Shown here piece by piece: positions 30,083-38,494 of a stretch of 64,000 nt of DNA. Origin of the DNA: Spirochaetia bacterium (GTDB taxonomy: Bacteria > Spirochaetota > Spirochaetia > UBA9216). Position numbers and translations under genes: made by a program. Position 1 is the stretch's first letter. Every line of letters begins with the position of its first letter. The DNA is taken from positions 128,001 to 192,000 of the forward strand of contig CAXXYH010000004.1 of NCBI GenBank assembly GCA_963677925.2, read 5' to 3'. Under the pieces are notes generated by a model, which was not told where the DNA came from, made no database searches, and was given only the letters and a program-made list of their open reading frames with translations.

Positions 30083-30928
30083 ATGAAGAAGACTAATTAC
30101 CACTCACATTTCTATCTCGACGACGGCAACGGAAAGCTTGAAGAATATGTGGAAACCGGCATAAGCCGAGGTTTTGATATACTGGGATTCTCTCCTCACG
30201 CTCCCCTGCCCTATGAAAATGAATGGTCCATGGCTCCTGAAAATATCGGAGTTTATGCCGGACAGGCATATGAACTCCAGCAGAAATACAAGGGCAGAAT
30301 TGAACTTTACAAAGGCCTGGAAATTGACTATATACCCGGCAGAATCTGGCCTGACAATCCCTTCTACAACCAGTTCGGACTGGATTACAGGATAGGATCT
30401 GTACACTCAATAGGTTGTGAGGATTCCGGGAAAGATTTATCTGTTGACGGTCCGGTTGAGGAGCTTGAAGAACTTCTTGAAAAGCAGTTCGGAGGCGATA
30501 TAAAAAAGCTTGTTAAAGAGTATTACCGGCTTGAAAGCAGGATGGTTACCGAACATAAATTTGATATTATAGGACACTGCGACCTAGTTAAGAAAAGGAA
30601 TACAAATAACCGTTTTTTCAACCCGGAGGACAAATGGTACAGGGACCTCGCTCTAGAGTTCATTGAAACAGCCGCCGGAAGCGGGATGATAGTAGAACTT
30701 AATTCCGGAGGGATAGCGCGTAATGCTACAACTGATTTTTACCCGTCAGACTGGCTTCTGGGGCATTGTTTTGAGAGAAACATACCGATTACAATTTCTG
30801 CAGATGCGCACAGCCCGGAAAACCTCGACTTCTATTTCACAGAGGGTGCGGAACTGCTGAAAACAACCGGTTACGGAGAAATTTATTTTTTTTCTGAAGG
30901 AGAATGGCGTTCCAATCCGATTTATTAA
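30083..30928 (+). CDS. hisJ: histidinol-phosphatase, PHP (HisJ/HisK) family
   Basis: NYHSH, GFSPHAP, GLEIDY, IGSVH, GHCDL, SADAH. Confidence 0.85.
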   Translation: MKKTNYHSHFYLDDGNGKLEEYVETGISRGFDILGFSPHAPLPYENEWSMAPENIGVYAGQAYELQQKYKGRIELYKGLEIDYIPGRIWPDNPFYNQFGLDYRIGSVHSIGCEDSGKDLSVDGPVEELEELLEKQFGGDIKKLVKEYYRLESRMVTEHKFDIIGHCDLVKKRNTNNRFFNPEDKWYRDLALEFIETAAGSGMIVELNSGGIARNATTDFYPSDWLLGHCFERNIPITISADAHSPENLDFYFTEGAELLKTTGYGEIYFFSEGEWRSNPIY

Positions 30929-30930
30929 TC

Positions 30931-31764
30931 ATGACGGAACAGGAACAGCAGCAATTTAAGGCTCTTGAGGAAAGAGTTGAGTCTCTAAGAGGCTTAAAAA
31001 AGACACTCAGACGTAATTTTCAGGATATGGTAGGACTGCTGGTCATTACAATCTCACAGTCCAACAATTTCCTGGGAGGCCATATAAAAAGGGTCGCAGA
31101 ACTGTCAAAATCCTTTTCCGAATACCTGCGCTTTGACAAGGAAACAATCTTCAGAATCTACTACGGAGCCCTGCTCCACGACCTGGGGATGGTTGGGATG
31201 CCCCAGGAGATAGTCTCAGGCCGGGAAAAGGATCTCAAAGAAAGCGAGATTGCTCTTTACCGAAAGCATCCGCTGATAGGCGAAAAGATGATATCAACCG
31301 CCTACGATTTAAAACAGACAGCCAGAATAATCAGGGGACACCATGAAGAATACGGAGGCGACGGTTACCCCGACGGTACGGCCGGGAAGGAAATTCCAAT
31401 CGGTGCACGACTAGTGCGGTTCACCAATGACTATGATAATTATATTTTTAAAAATCAGATAAAGGCTTCGGATGCCGCTTCGATGATAAAGGAACAGGCC
31501 GGATATATTTACGATCCGTCGCTTGCCAGACAGTTTGTAGAATTTATCAAGCAGAATGTTGATAAGCAGGAAGCCGCAGACAGTGCAACTGCCATAAGCA
31601 TTGCTGATCTTCAAACCGGAATGTACATTGCTGAAAACATAGTTCTGCAGAACGGAATGCTGCTGATTCCGAAAGGCCTTGTACTTGATGATATAATGCT
31701 TGGAAAGATCCGTTCATTCGATACCCTGCTTGATCAGGACCGGAAGATAGCCGTTGTATTCTGA
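30931..31764 (+). CDS. HD-GYP domain protein
   Basis: GHIKRV, LLHDLG, KHP, HHEEYGGDGYPDG. No receiver domain. Start set at MTEQEQQ. Confidence 0.88.
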   Translation: MTEQEQQQFKALEERVESLRGLKKTLRRNFQDMVGLLVITISQSNNFLGGHIKRVAELSKSFSEYLRFDKETIFRIYYGALLHDLGMVGMPQEIVSGREKDLKESEIALYRKHPLIGEKMISTAYDLKQTARIIRGHHEEYGGDGYPDGTAGKEIPIGARLVRFTNDYDNYIFKNQIKASDAASMIKEQAGYIYDPSLARQFVEFIKQNVDKQEAADSATAISIADLQTGMYIAENIVLQNGMLLIPKGLVLDDIMLGKIRSFDTLLDQDRKIAVVF

Positions 31765-31768
31765 GCAA

Positions 31769-31793
31769 AATACGAACCTGGTTAGTTCGTATT
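31769..31793. terminator. hairpin between convergent HD-GYP and ald genes
   Basis: AATACGAAC-N7-GTTCGTATT inverted repeat. Confidence 0.55.
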
Positions 31794-31823
31794 CTGCTCG
31801 GGAGTTTTTTCCCTTTGAAGTTT

Positions 31824-32939
31824 CTATAATTTTATCAGGTCCAGGGCTGGCTTATAGTTCATGTCGAAAGCTTCAGCAACACCTTCACAGGCAAGCTCGC
31901 CCTTATAAGTATTAAGACCCTTCTGAAGCGGAAGGCTTTCAGCCAGCGCCCCCTCAAGGCCCTTTGAAGCAATCATCAGTCCGTATTTAAGAGTTGTACT
32001 GGTAAGAGCCATGGTTGCAGTCAAAGCAACTGAACCGGGCATATTAGCCACGCAGTAATGGACTATTCCATCCACCTCAAAAACAGGGTCATCATGAGTA
32101 GTAGGATGAGTGGTTTCGGCACATCCTCCCTGGTCAACAGCAACGTCGACAATTACCGCACCCTTTTTCATCAGCTTGAGATCTTCCCGTCTGATAAGCC
32201 ATGGAGCCTTTGCGCCCGGACGCAGAACTGCCCCGATCACAACATCGCTTTCACCAAGAACCTTCCTGATATTAGCCCTCGTACTGTAGAGGGTTTTAAG
32301 GCCGGAACCGAACACATCATCAAGATAAGCAAGCCTTTCACCACTGATATCGAGCAAAGTTGTATCAGCCCCCATACCGACAGCTATTCGTGCAGCGTTA
32401 GCGCCTACAACTCCGCCGCCGAGAATAGCAACTCGACCCCGCTCAACACCTGGAACACCTGAAAGAAGGATCCCTCGTCCACCGAAGGTCTTCTCGAGAT
32501 ATTTTGCGCCTTCCTGTACACTTAGACGCCCCGCTATTTCACTCATGGGCGCCAGACAGGGAAGCTTTCTGTTAACCTCTATTGTTTCATAGGCAACCGA
32601 ATTTACCCCTGCCTCAAGCAGCACACCTGTAAGATCCCTGCTTGCCGCAAGATGGAGATATGTGAAGAGAATCTGGTCTTTATGGAATAGCGAATACTCC
32701 TCAGGAAGGGGCTCCTTAACCTTTACTATCATATCGCTTGAGTCAAAGAGAAGTTTTTTATCCTCAATTATTTCAGCACCGGCATCGATGTATTCTTCAT
32801 CCTCGAACCCTGCACCAGAACCGGCATTTTTCTCGATAAGCACCCTGCTTCCTGTTTTTATATATTCAGCAGCATCGGATGGTGTCATACCGACCCTGTA
32901 TTCATGTTTTTTTATTTCTTTTGGACAGCCTATTGTCAT
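31824..32939 (-). CDS. ald: alanine dehydrogenase
   Basis: IGCPKEIKKHEYRV, KVKEP, FTYLHLA, PMSEIAGR, GGGVVG, DQGGC, VANMPG. Confidence 0.97.
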   Translation of the reverse strand: MTIGCPKEIKKHEYRVGMTPSDAAEYIKTGSRVLIEKNAGSGAGFEDEEYIDAGAEIIEDKKLLFDSSDMIVKVKEPLPEEYSLFHKDQILFTYLHLAASRDLTGVLLEAGVNSVAYETIEVNRKLPCLAPMSEIAGRLSVQEGAKYLEKTFGGRGILLSGVPGVERGRVAILGGGVVGANAARIAVGMGADTTLLDISGERLAYLDDVFGSGLKTLYSTRANIRKVLGESDVVIGAVLRPGAKAPWLIRREDLKLMKKGAVIVDVAVDQGGCAETTHPTTHDDPVFEVDGIVHYCVANMPGSVALTATMALTSTTLKYGLMIASKGLEGALAESLPLQKGLNTYKGELACEGVAEAFDMNYKPALDLIKL

Positions 32940-32964
32940 ACTGCGCCTCCTGAGTCAAATATCG

Positions 32965-33012
32965 TACGCTTTACGTATTTTGTCAATATTTATTCTACGT
33001 TTTTCGTATTTT
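32965..33012. promoter_or_regulatory. putative Lrp/AsnC operator pair
   Basis: TACGCTTTACGTATTTT (32965) and TACGTTTTTCGTATTTT (32996), 31 bp apart, in the ald/regulator divergent gap. Confidence 0.5.
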
Positions 33013-33059
33013 AAATTGATCTGCTTGTCAAAAAGTTCAGAACTATCTATACTCCAATT

Positions 33060-33494
33060 ATGGAACCTGATGAACTGGATTGGAAAATAATCGATATTCT
33101 CCGTGAATCAAACGAATCAAACAACACTCTGGCTAAAACCCTCGGAATATCCGAAGGCACAGTAAGACAGCGAATAAAGAAACTGAAGGATGCCGGGATT
33201 CTGAATGTCCGCGGCCTTATAAACCCGGAAATACTTAGCAATCAGCAGCTGGCAGTAATAGCTGTCAATGTGTCCAAGAGCTCACTGCTAGAGAAGAAAG
33301 CCCAGGAAATTGCTGAGCTTGACAACGTGCTCAATGTATCAATGACCTCGGGACGCTACGATCTTTTCGTGGAAGTGCTGGTTGATTCAAACAAGGGACT
33401 GGTACACTTTCTTACGCAGGAACTCTCTACTATAGAAGAGATTTCAAAAACAGAGAGCTTTCTGCTGCTTCGAACCTTTCAGAAGTTTGTATAA
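33060..33494 (+). CDS. Lrp/AsnC family regulator (probable AldR-type)
   Basis: DELDWKII, HTH LAKTLGISEGTVRQRIKKL, TSGRYDL. Divergent from ald. Confidence 0.92.
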   Translation: MEPDELDWKIIDILRESNESNNTLAKTLGISEGTVRQRIKKLKDAGILNVRGLINPEILSNQQLAVIAVNVSKSSLLEKKAQEIAELDNVLNVSMTSGRYDLFVEVLVDSNKGLVHFLTQELSTIEEISKTESFLLLRTFQKFV

Positions 33495-33505
33495 GTCCCG
33501 AAGAA

Positions 33506-33534
33506 TTGACAGCAGATGCATTTTCTACTATTAT
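33506..33534 (+). promoter_or_regulatory. sigma70 promoter of tRNA-Arg
   Basis: TTGACA-17 nt-TATTAT. Confidence 0.75.
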
Positions 33535-33544
33535 ACATTCACTT

Positions 33545-33617
<73 letters not shown>

Positions 33618-33618
<1 letters not shown>

Positions 33619-33656
33619 AAAAAAGACTGGAGCCTATTTGGTTTCAGTCTTTTTTT
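33618..33656 (+). terminator. intrinsic terminator after tRNA-Arg
   Basis: AAAAAAAGACTGGAGCC-TATTT-GGTTTCAGTCTTTTTTT. Confidence 0.8.
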
Positions 33657-33887
33657 ATTTCTGTAAAGTGATTCAGTGGAGTTTTATGGCTGCACACTAT
33701 GACATAAGATATGTTATATAAAATTGCGAGTTACAGGTTGCTACAAAGCTCAATGTAAAACTTCAAAAACAATGGCGCGCAGTGACATTGTTTCCGCGTC
33801 AGGGGACATATTGACTTTGAGAAGAAAATCTGCTGATTATTAGTTGTTTATAAACCATAGGTATTCCATACGAGGAGTTAAGTTTTA

Positions 33888-34403
33888 ATGAAAGGAACTG
33901 AAATACAAATAGCAAAAGTTAAGATTTCTGATTACGAGGAAGTAAATCAGGACGAACAAATCGCTTTAATGGATTTGATTGCTGATAACGAAGTCTTCAA
34001 TGAATATCTCTGTTATACATCGGATGATAAAAATGTAATGTCGCTGAGTGACTATGTCTCAGGTGTGACTCCTGATTATTTAGAACCTGATGAGTCCCCT
34101 GATGTTAACCTGCCCCCTTTAGCTGATGATGAAATGTACATCGGATTCAGTACCCTGGAAGAAGGTGTTCTAATTAACGAGGATACCGAAGATGAGGAAG
34201 AGGTTGATCTTGAGGAATGTTCGCACCTCCTTATAGACAAGTTTAAAATTACAATGGAAAACGGACAGAAGGAAATCGATGAGATTGTTGCGGTTGTTAT
34301 CGATGATGAGATCTACCAGGTTTATTTTGATTCAACCAACACAAAGGAGACCGAATTCTTTACCGTTAAGAAAGGTGGTAAAATTGAAACTCTGAATATA
34401 TAG
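33888..34403 (+). CDS. highly acidic hypothetical protein
   Basis: 171 aa, GAGGAG RBS, about 45 Asp/Glu by hand count, no Arg. Confidence 0.8.
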   Translation: MKGTEIQIAKVKISDYEEVNQDEQIALMDLIADNEVFNEYLCYTSDDKNVMSLSDYVSGVTPDYLEPDESPDVNLPPLADDEMYIGFSTLEEGVLINEDTEDEEEVDLEECSHLLIDKFKITMENGQKEIDEIVAVVIDDEIYQVYFDSTNTKETEFFTVKKGGKIETLNI

Positions 34404-34450
34404 AAGCCGTAATTGCAGCAGTATTCAAAAATGATTTATCAGCTTAATAA

Positions 34451-34539
34451 TTGACTGAACCCGAATATTTTCATAAAATGCATAATCATTGTGCGTATAA
34501 TTGTTCAGCACGGACTTAACAGGTCCGTGCTTTTTTTTT
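34451..34539 (+). promoter_or_regulatory. sigma70 promoter followed by a leader terminator hairpin
   Basis: TTGACT-17-TAAAAT (34451-34479), then AGCACGGACTT-AAC-AGGTCCGTGCT with a T9 run (34507-34539). Confidence 0.6.
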
Positions 34540-34559
34540 GCGCTAAAAAGGAGTTTGAA

Positions 34560-35051
34560 ATGGATTTTTATACTAAGCTTCCACGAAACAGGAGAGAATT
34601 TTCTGTATTTCTCATTATAATTTCTTTAATTTCAGTTAATCTGATAGCCCCTCTCATTACATCCCTTGAACTCGGTTTCACTGCTCAAAACTGGGTGTAT
34701 GTTCTAAAAAAACTACCGATCCTCTGGCCGTCAGTTATAGCAGTTGTTCTTCTAACATACAAACCCGCAGAGTGGCTTACTTCAAAACTTACTAAACCGG
34801 GGGATAGTTTTAAAGCCATGATCACAATTAATATTCTCTGTTCAGTCTTTTTAATCTCTATACCTTTAACAGTCATCGGCTCCTGGATTGGAACCGGAAC
34901 AATAAGTACTGAACCGCTGCATAACTTTATTTATAAATGGCCGAGAAATATCGCTGTTGCTTTTATGATTGAATCATTGATTGCTCAGCCGGCGGCGAGA
35001 CAGGTTATGCTATTGATTCATAATAAAAATGATGGAACAAATCCTGATTAA
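34560..35051 (+). CDS. DUF2798-like 4-TM membrane protein
   Basis: LPRNRREF..SVNLIAPLIT..WPRNIAVAF..AQPAAR. Start at ATG 34560 with AAGGAG RBS. Confidence 0.75.
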   Translation: MDFYTKLPRNRREFSVFLIIISLISVNLIAPLITSLELGFTAQNWVYVLKKLPILWPSVIAVVLLTYKPAEWLTSKLTKPGDSFKAMITINILCSVFLISIPLTVIGSWIGTGTISTEPLHNFIYKWPRNIAVAFMIESLIAQPAARQVMLLIHNKNDGTNPD

Positions 35052-35218
35052 ACAGGAATTAAATCAAGATATTCCAAAATCTTAAGAGAGAAAACATACA
35101 GAAAGGTCGTCTTGCTGTCCTCATAGTTAGTTTCCATTGTTTCTGAACATTTCTGAATACGGTATTTTACGGTATTTCTGTGAACATTCAGGATATCGGA
35201 GGTTGTGGAAAAACGTTT
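35048..35218 (-). pseudogene. remnant of PucR/CdaR-family regulator (C-terminal HTH only)
   Basis: Hand translation: KRFSTTSDILNVHRNTVKYRIQKCSETMETNYEDSKTTFLYVFSLKILEYLDLIPV*. An in-frame stop lies immediately upstream and there is no start codon before the HTH. Confidence 0.7.
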
Positions 35219-35404
35219 TTACCTTCCTACCGAAGCAGGATGGGAATATTCAGCATGATTTGCACAATCTGAAACGGAGTGGTTCCATCAAGAGGCAACT
35301 TTGTAATCGGCTTACACTTTTGCAGAACAATAGAATAATTTTGAATTACAGCAGCTTTCCGTAAATGGCAGGCTGCTGTTTATAAAGGGTAGCAAACTAG
35401 AACA

Positions 35405-35530
35405 TTACTGAATTTCATCAAAAAACTTTTTATTTTTTCTATAAAATTCTTCATATAGTTTTTCAGCAAGATCATATACCCATGAAAATGAAAACAGACT
35501 GTTTTTTTTCTTATCTAATCCATCAGTCAT
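35405..35530 (-). CDS. 41-aa small protein, unknown function
   Basis: MTDGLDKKKNSLFSFSWVYDLAEKLYEEFYRKNKKFFDEIQ*, with AAAGGAG RBS and TTGACT-17-TATTTT promoter (35591-35563). Confidence 0.55.
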   Translation of the reverse strand: MTDGLDKKKNSLFSFSWVYDLAEKLYEEFYRKNKKFFDEIQ

Positions 35531-35817
35531 TATTTACTCCTTTAGCATATAAGCATATCGATAAAATATTACTTAAAAAGAAGAAAGTCAATAGATATAG
35601 TAACCACTTCCTGCATCATCTTTTTTGAAGAGCATCTCTCATTCAGAACCATCGCCCTACTCATAATTTTAATTTTGTAAACGAAAGGTAAACATAATGT
35701 AAATTACAAACAATCTCATAGAAAACAAATTTTTGATGTGTTAAATAATTTTATAGTTAAATTATTGTTAGTTTTTGGTTAACAGCAAAAATCCGAACAA
35801 TACATCATGAGGTTATA

Positions 35818-37074
35818 ATGCATCATAAAATATTTTTAAGCTTATCAGTTTTTTTAATCTTACTCCTTACAATTTCCTGTACAAACAGTATTACCGTCAG
35901 TGAAACATCAATTGATTTAAGCGACTATGACGGAAGCAGTATTAAAATAGAAGAGGCCGGTGAATACACACTGACAGGAACCATGACAGACGGACAGGTT
36001 ATTGTTGACGCAGGTGACGATGAAGTAACGCTGATACTTTACGAAGTTTCAATTACCAGCAGCGATGATGCACCCATATATGTATCAGACGGAACAGTTA
36101 CAATTTACCTTGCTGACGGCTCAGAGAATGAACTGATAGATACGGAAAATAACAGTTCAAATGCCGTTCTGTACAGCAAGGATGATTTGATCATAACAGG
36201 GAATGGCAGTCTGTATGTGGAAGCCAACGGCAATGACGGAATTACAAGCAGTAACGGCCTAACCATTGAAAGCGGCAGCATCGAAATTGAAGCCGCGGAT
36301 GACGGCATACAGGGTGAAGATTTCATTATCATAGAAGACGGCACAATCAACATCTCTGCCGGAACCTCCAGCGGAACAGGCTTGAAGGCTGACGATGAAG
36401 ACAGCAACTACATAACTATAAACGGCGGAGATATTACCATAAGCCAGTCATATGAAGGCATTGAAAGCATGGCAATAACGATAAATGCCGGCAGCATTGA
36501 TATAACCTCCTCGGATGACGGGATCAACGTTGCAGGAGGCTCTGACGATTCAGGATTTTTTACATCTTCAAGCACCTCAAGTGATTATTATCTGAAGATC
36601 ACCGGAGGCGTCACTTATATTGATTCGGACGGCGACGGTCTTGATTCAAACGGTTCAATTAGTATGACCGGAGGTACAGTCATAGTAAACGGCCCCACCA
36701 GCAGCGGTGATGGAGCCATTGATTATGACGGAAGCTTTTCGATGAACGGCGGAACACTGGCCGCGGCTGGATCTGATGGAATGGCGGAAGCGCCAAGCTC
36801 TTCTTCAAACGGATGTCTTGATATAACATTCTCAAGTACCTTATCTGCCGGCAAACTGATCACAATATTCAATTCAAGTGATGAACTTGTAATGGCCTAT
36901 GCACCGACCAAGGCCTTCAATTCTTTAATATTTACTTCGGACGGGATTGTTTCCGGAAGCACATATTATATTTATACAGGCGGAAGTGTGAGCGGTACTG
37001 AAAATAACGGATGGTATTCCGATGCAGAAGTGAGCAGCTCCGGAACCTATTACTCTGCACTGAAAGCAGACTGA
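35818..37074 (+). CDS. DUF4353/Cthe_2159-family beta-helix lipoprotein
   Basis: Lipobox TISC, repeats such as ITINGGDITI, SDDGINVAGG, DGDGLDSNG, GAIDYDG. Confidence 0.88.
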   Translation: MHHKIFLSLSVFLILLLTISCTNSITVSETSIDLSDYDGSSIKIEEAGEYTLTGTMTDGQVIVDAGDDEVTLILYEVSITSSDDAPIYVSDGTVTIYLADGSENELIDTENNSSNAVLYSKDDLIITGNGSLYVEANGNDGITSSNGLTIESGSIEIEAADDGIQGEDFIIIEDGTINISAGTSSGTGLKADDEDSNYITINGGDITISQSYEGIESMAITINAGSIDITSSDDGINVAGGSDDSGFFTSSSTSSDYYLKITGGVTYIDSDGDGLDSNGSISMTGGTVIVNGPTSSGDGAIDYDGSFSMNGGTLAAAGSDGMAEAPSSSSNGCLDITFSSTLSAGKLITIFNSSDELVMAYAPTKAFNSLIFTSDGIVSGSTYYIYTGGSVSGTENNGWYSDAEVSSSGTYYSALKAD

Positions 37075-37085
37075 GCCTGTACACC

Positions 37086-37874
37086 ATGAGTTTAATCGTG
37101 AACCAAAAATCAGCCCTTTATGCTGAACTTGAGAAATTCAGCTCTGTATCTCTTGAAGACTTATCCACAGTATCATTATTAAACAGGGTTGATACAAAAT
37201 ACATAGGACATATCAGTCAACTGAATGATATCCTTTCTGCAATACAGTCTGATTATCAGGTCCTCGAACATATGGACACCCGAAGTCATGAGTATTGTAC
37301 AACATACATGGATACTGAAGATCTGAAACTCTATACACAGCACCATCAGGGAAGATCAAACAGATATAAGATTAGAACCCGGATTTACATTGACTCAGAT
37401 CAAATATTCAATGAGATAAAATTCAAGGACAATAAAAGGAAAACATACAAAAAAAGAATTCAGAGAGATAACATTATAGATGGCGTCGACTCCGAGTTCC
37501 TGAACTTTATTGAAGAAAACACCACCCTGAACGGAATCAGCGCCGAGCTTAAACCAGCATTAACTGTCGGGTATAAGCGGGCTACTTTTGCAGACAAACA
37601 GTTTTCAGAAAGAATAACCCTGGATTATGATCTTCGTTTCAATAATGAATGCAGGAATAATCTTCTTAGTGACATTTTTATAATTGAAATAAAAAAACCC
37701 AGGCAGCACAGCCTGTCCGGTATAGAAAGTATACTCCGGCAAAAAAAGTTTTACCCTGAGCGGATAAGTAAATACTGCATAGGAATTATATGTACCAGGG
37801 AAAATATAAAACAGAACAGATTCAAACCACTTTTAAGACACATAAACATGATTAATTATCAAGGAGCATTTTAA
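37086..37874 (+). CDS. VTC (polyphosphate polymerase, CYTH-like) domain protein
   Basis: LLNRVDTKY, YMDT, RYKIRTRIY, EIKFK, ERITLD, IIEIK, SKYCIG. Start set at MSLIV. Confidence 0.88.
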   Translation: MSLIVNQKSALYAELEKFSSVSLEDLSTVSLLNRVDTKYIGHISQLNDILSAIQSDYQVLEHMDTRSHEYCTTYMDTEDLKLYTQHHQGRSNRYKIRTRIYIDSDQIFNEIKFKDNKRKTYKKRIQRDNIIDGVDSEFLNFIEENTTLNGISAELKPALTVGYKRATFADKQFSERITLDYDLRFNNECRNNLLSDIFIIEIKKPRQHSLSGIESILRQKKFYPERISKYCIGIICTRENIKQNRFKPLLRHINMINYQGAF

Positions 37875-38494
37875 TGGATCAGCTATTAAATATATTCAGC
37901 TTTGCATCAATAAATAATGATTTTTTTATTACCCTGGTTGTAAGGCTGCTGTTAAATATAATTTTTCTTTATCTTGTAATTGAAAAGATTTACTGTAGGT
38001 ATAATCAGAGACATAAATTTCATCTATCCTTTTACCTTGTAAATCTATTAATTTTCTTTATATCGGCCCTTCTTGCAAGTGCTACTATAGAAGCTGGATT
38101 TGCATTCGGCCTTTTTGCAGTCTTCTCAATAATACGGTACAGAACAGATACAATAAGCATAAAGGACATGACGTACTTATTTATGTCTATTATTACTGCG
38201 GTAATAAATTCTCTTGTGACGGCACATATTTCCATATATATAATAATATTTTCAAACCTTTTTATTCTCTGTTCAATCTACATTCTGGAAAAACGTTTAT
38301 TTTCAGCCTCTGAAGATTTTATTACAATAGAAATCGAAGACATCGGGCTTGTTCATAAAGATAAAACTGAGATGCTGATAGAAGTATTGAGTTCAAGAAC
38401 AGGTCTCCCGATAGTTTCCACCGAGATTTTAAACATTAACTATCTTAGAGACTGCTTCAGTGTTAAGGCTTTCTATAACAACAAGGAGCTGTAA
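37874..38494 (+). CDS. DUF4956 membrane protein
   Basis: GFAFGLFAVFSIIRYRT..IKDMTYLF. TAATG coupling to the VTC gene. Confidence 0.9.
   Translation: MDQLLNIFSFASINNDFFITLVVRLLLNIIFLYLVIEKIYCRYNQRHKFHLSFYLVNLLIFFISALLASATIEAGFAFGLFAVFSIIRYRTDTISIKDMTYLFMSIITAVINSLVTAHISIYIIIFSNLFILCSIYILEKRLFSASEDFITIEIEDIGLVHKDKTEMLIEVLSSRTGLPIVSTEILNINYLRDCFSVKAFYNNKEL

Noticed and set aside
33657-33887. Integrase remnant or riboswitch after tRNA-Arg
   Set aside because: No recognisable recombinase motif or riboswitch consensus, only a weak hairpin near 33769-33793.
35137-35364. 75-aa plus-strand ORF
   Set aside because: No RBS or motif, and it is partly antisense to the PucR remnant.
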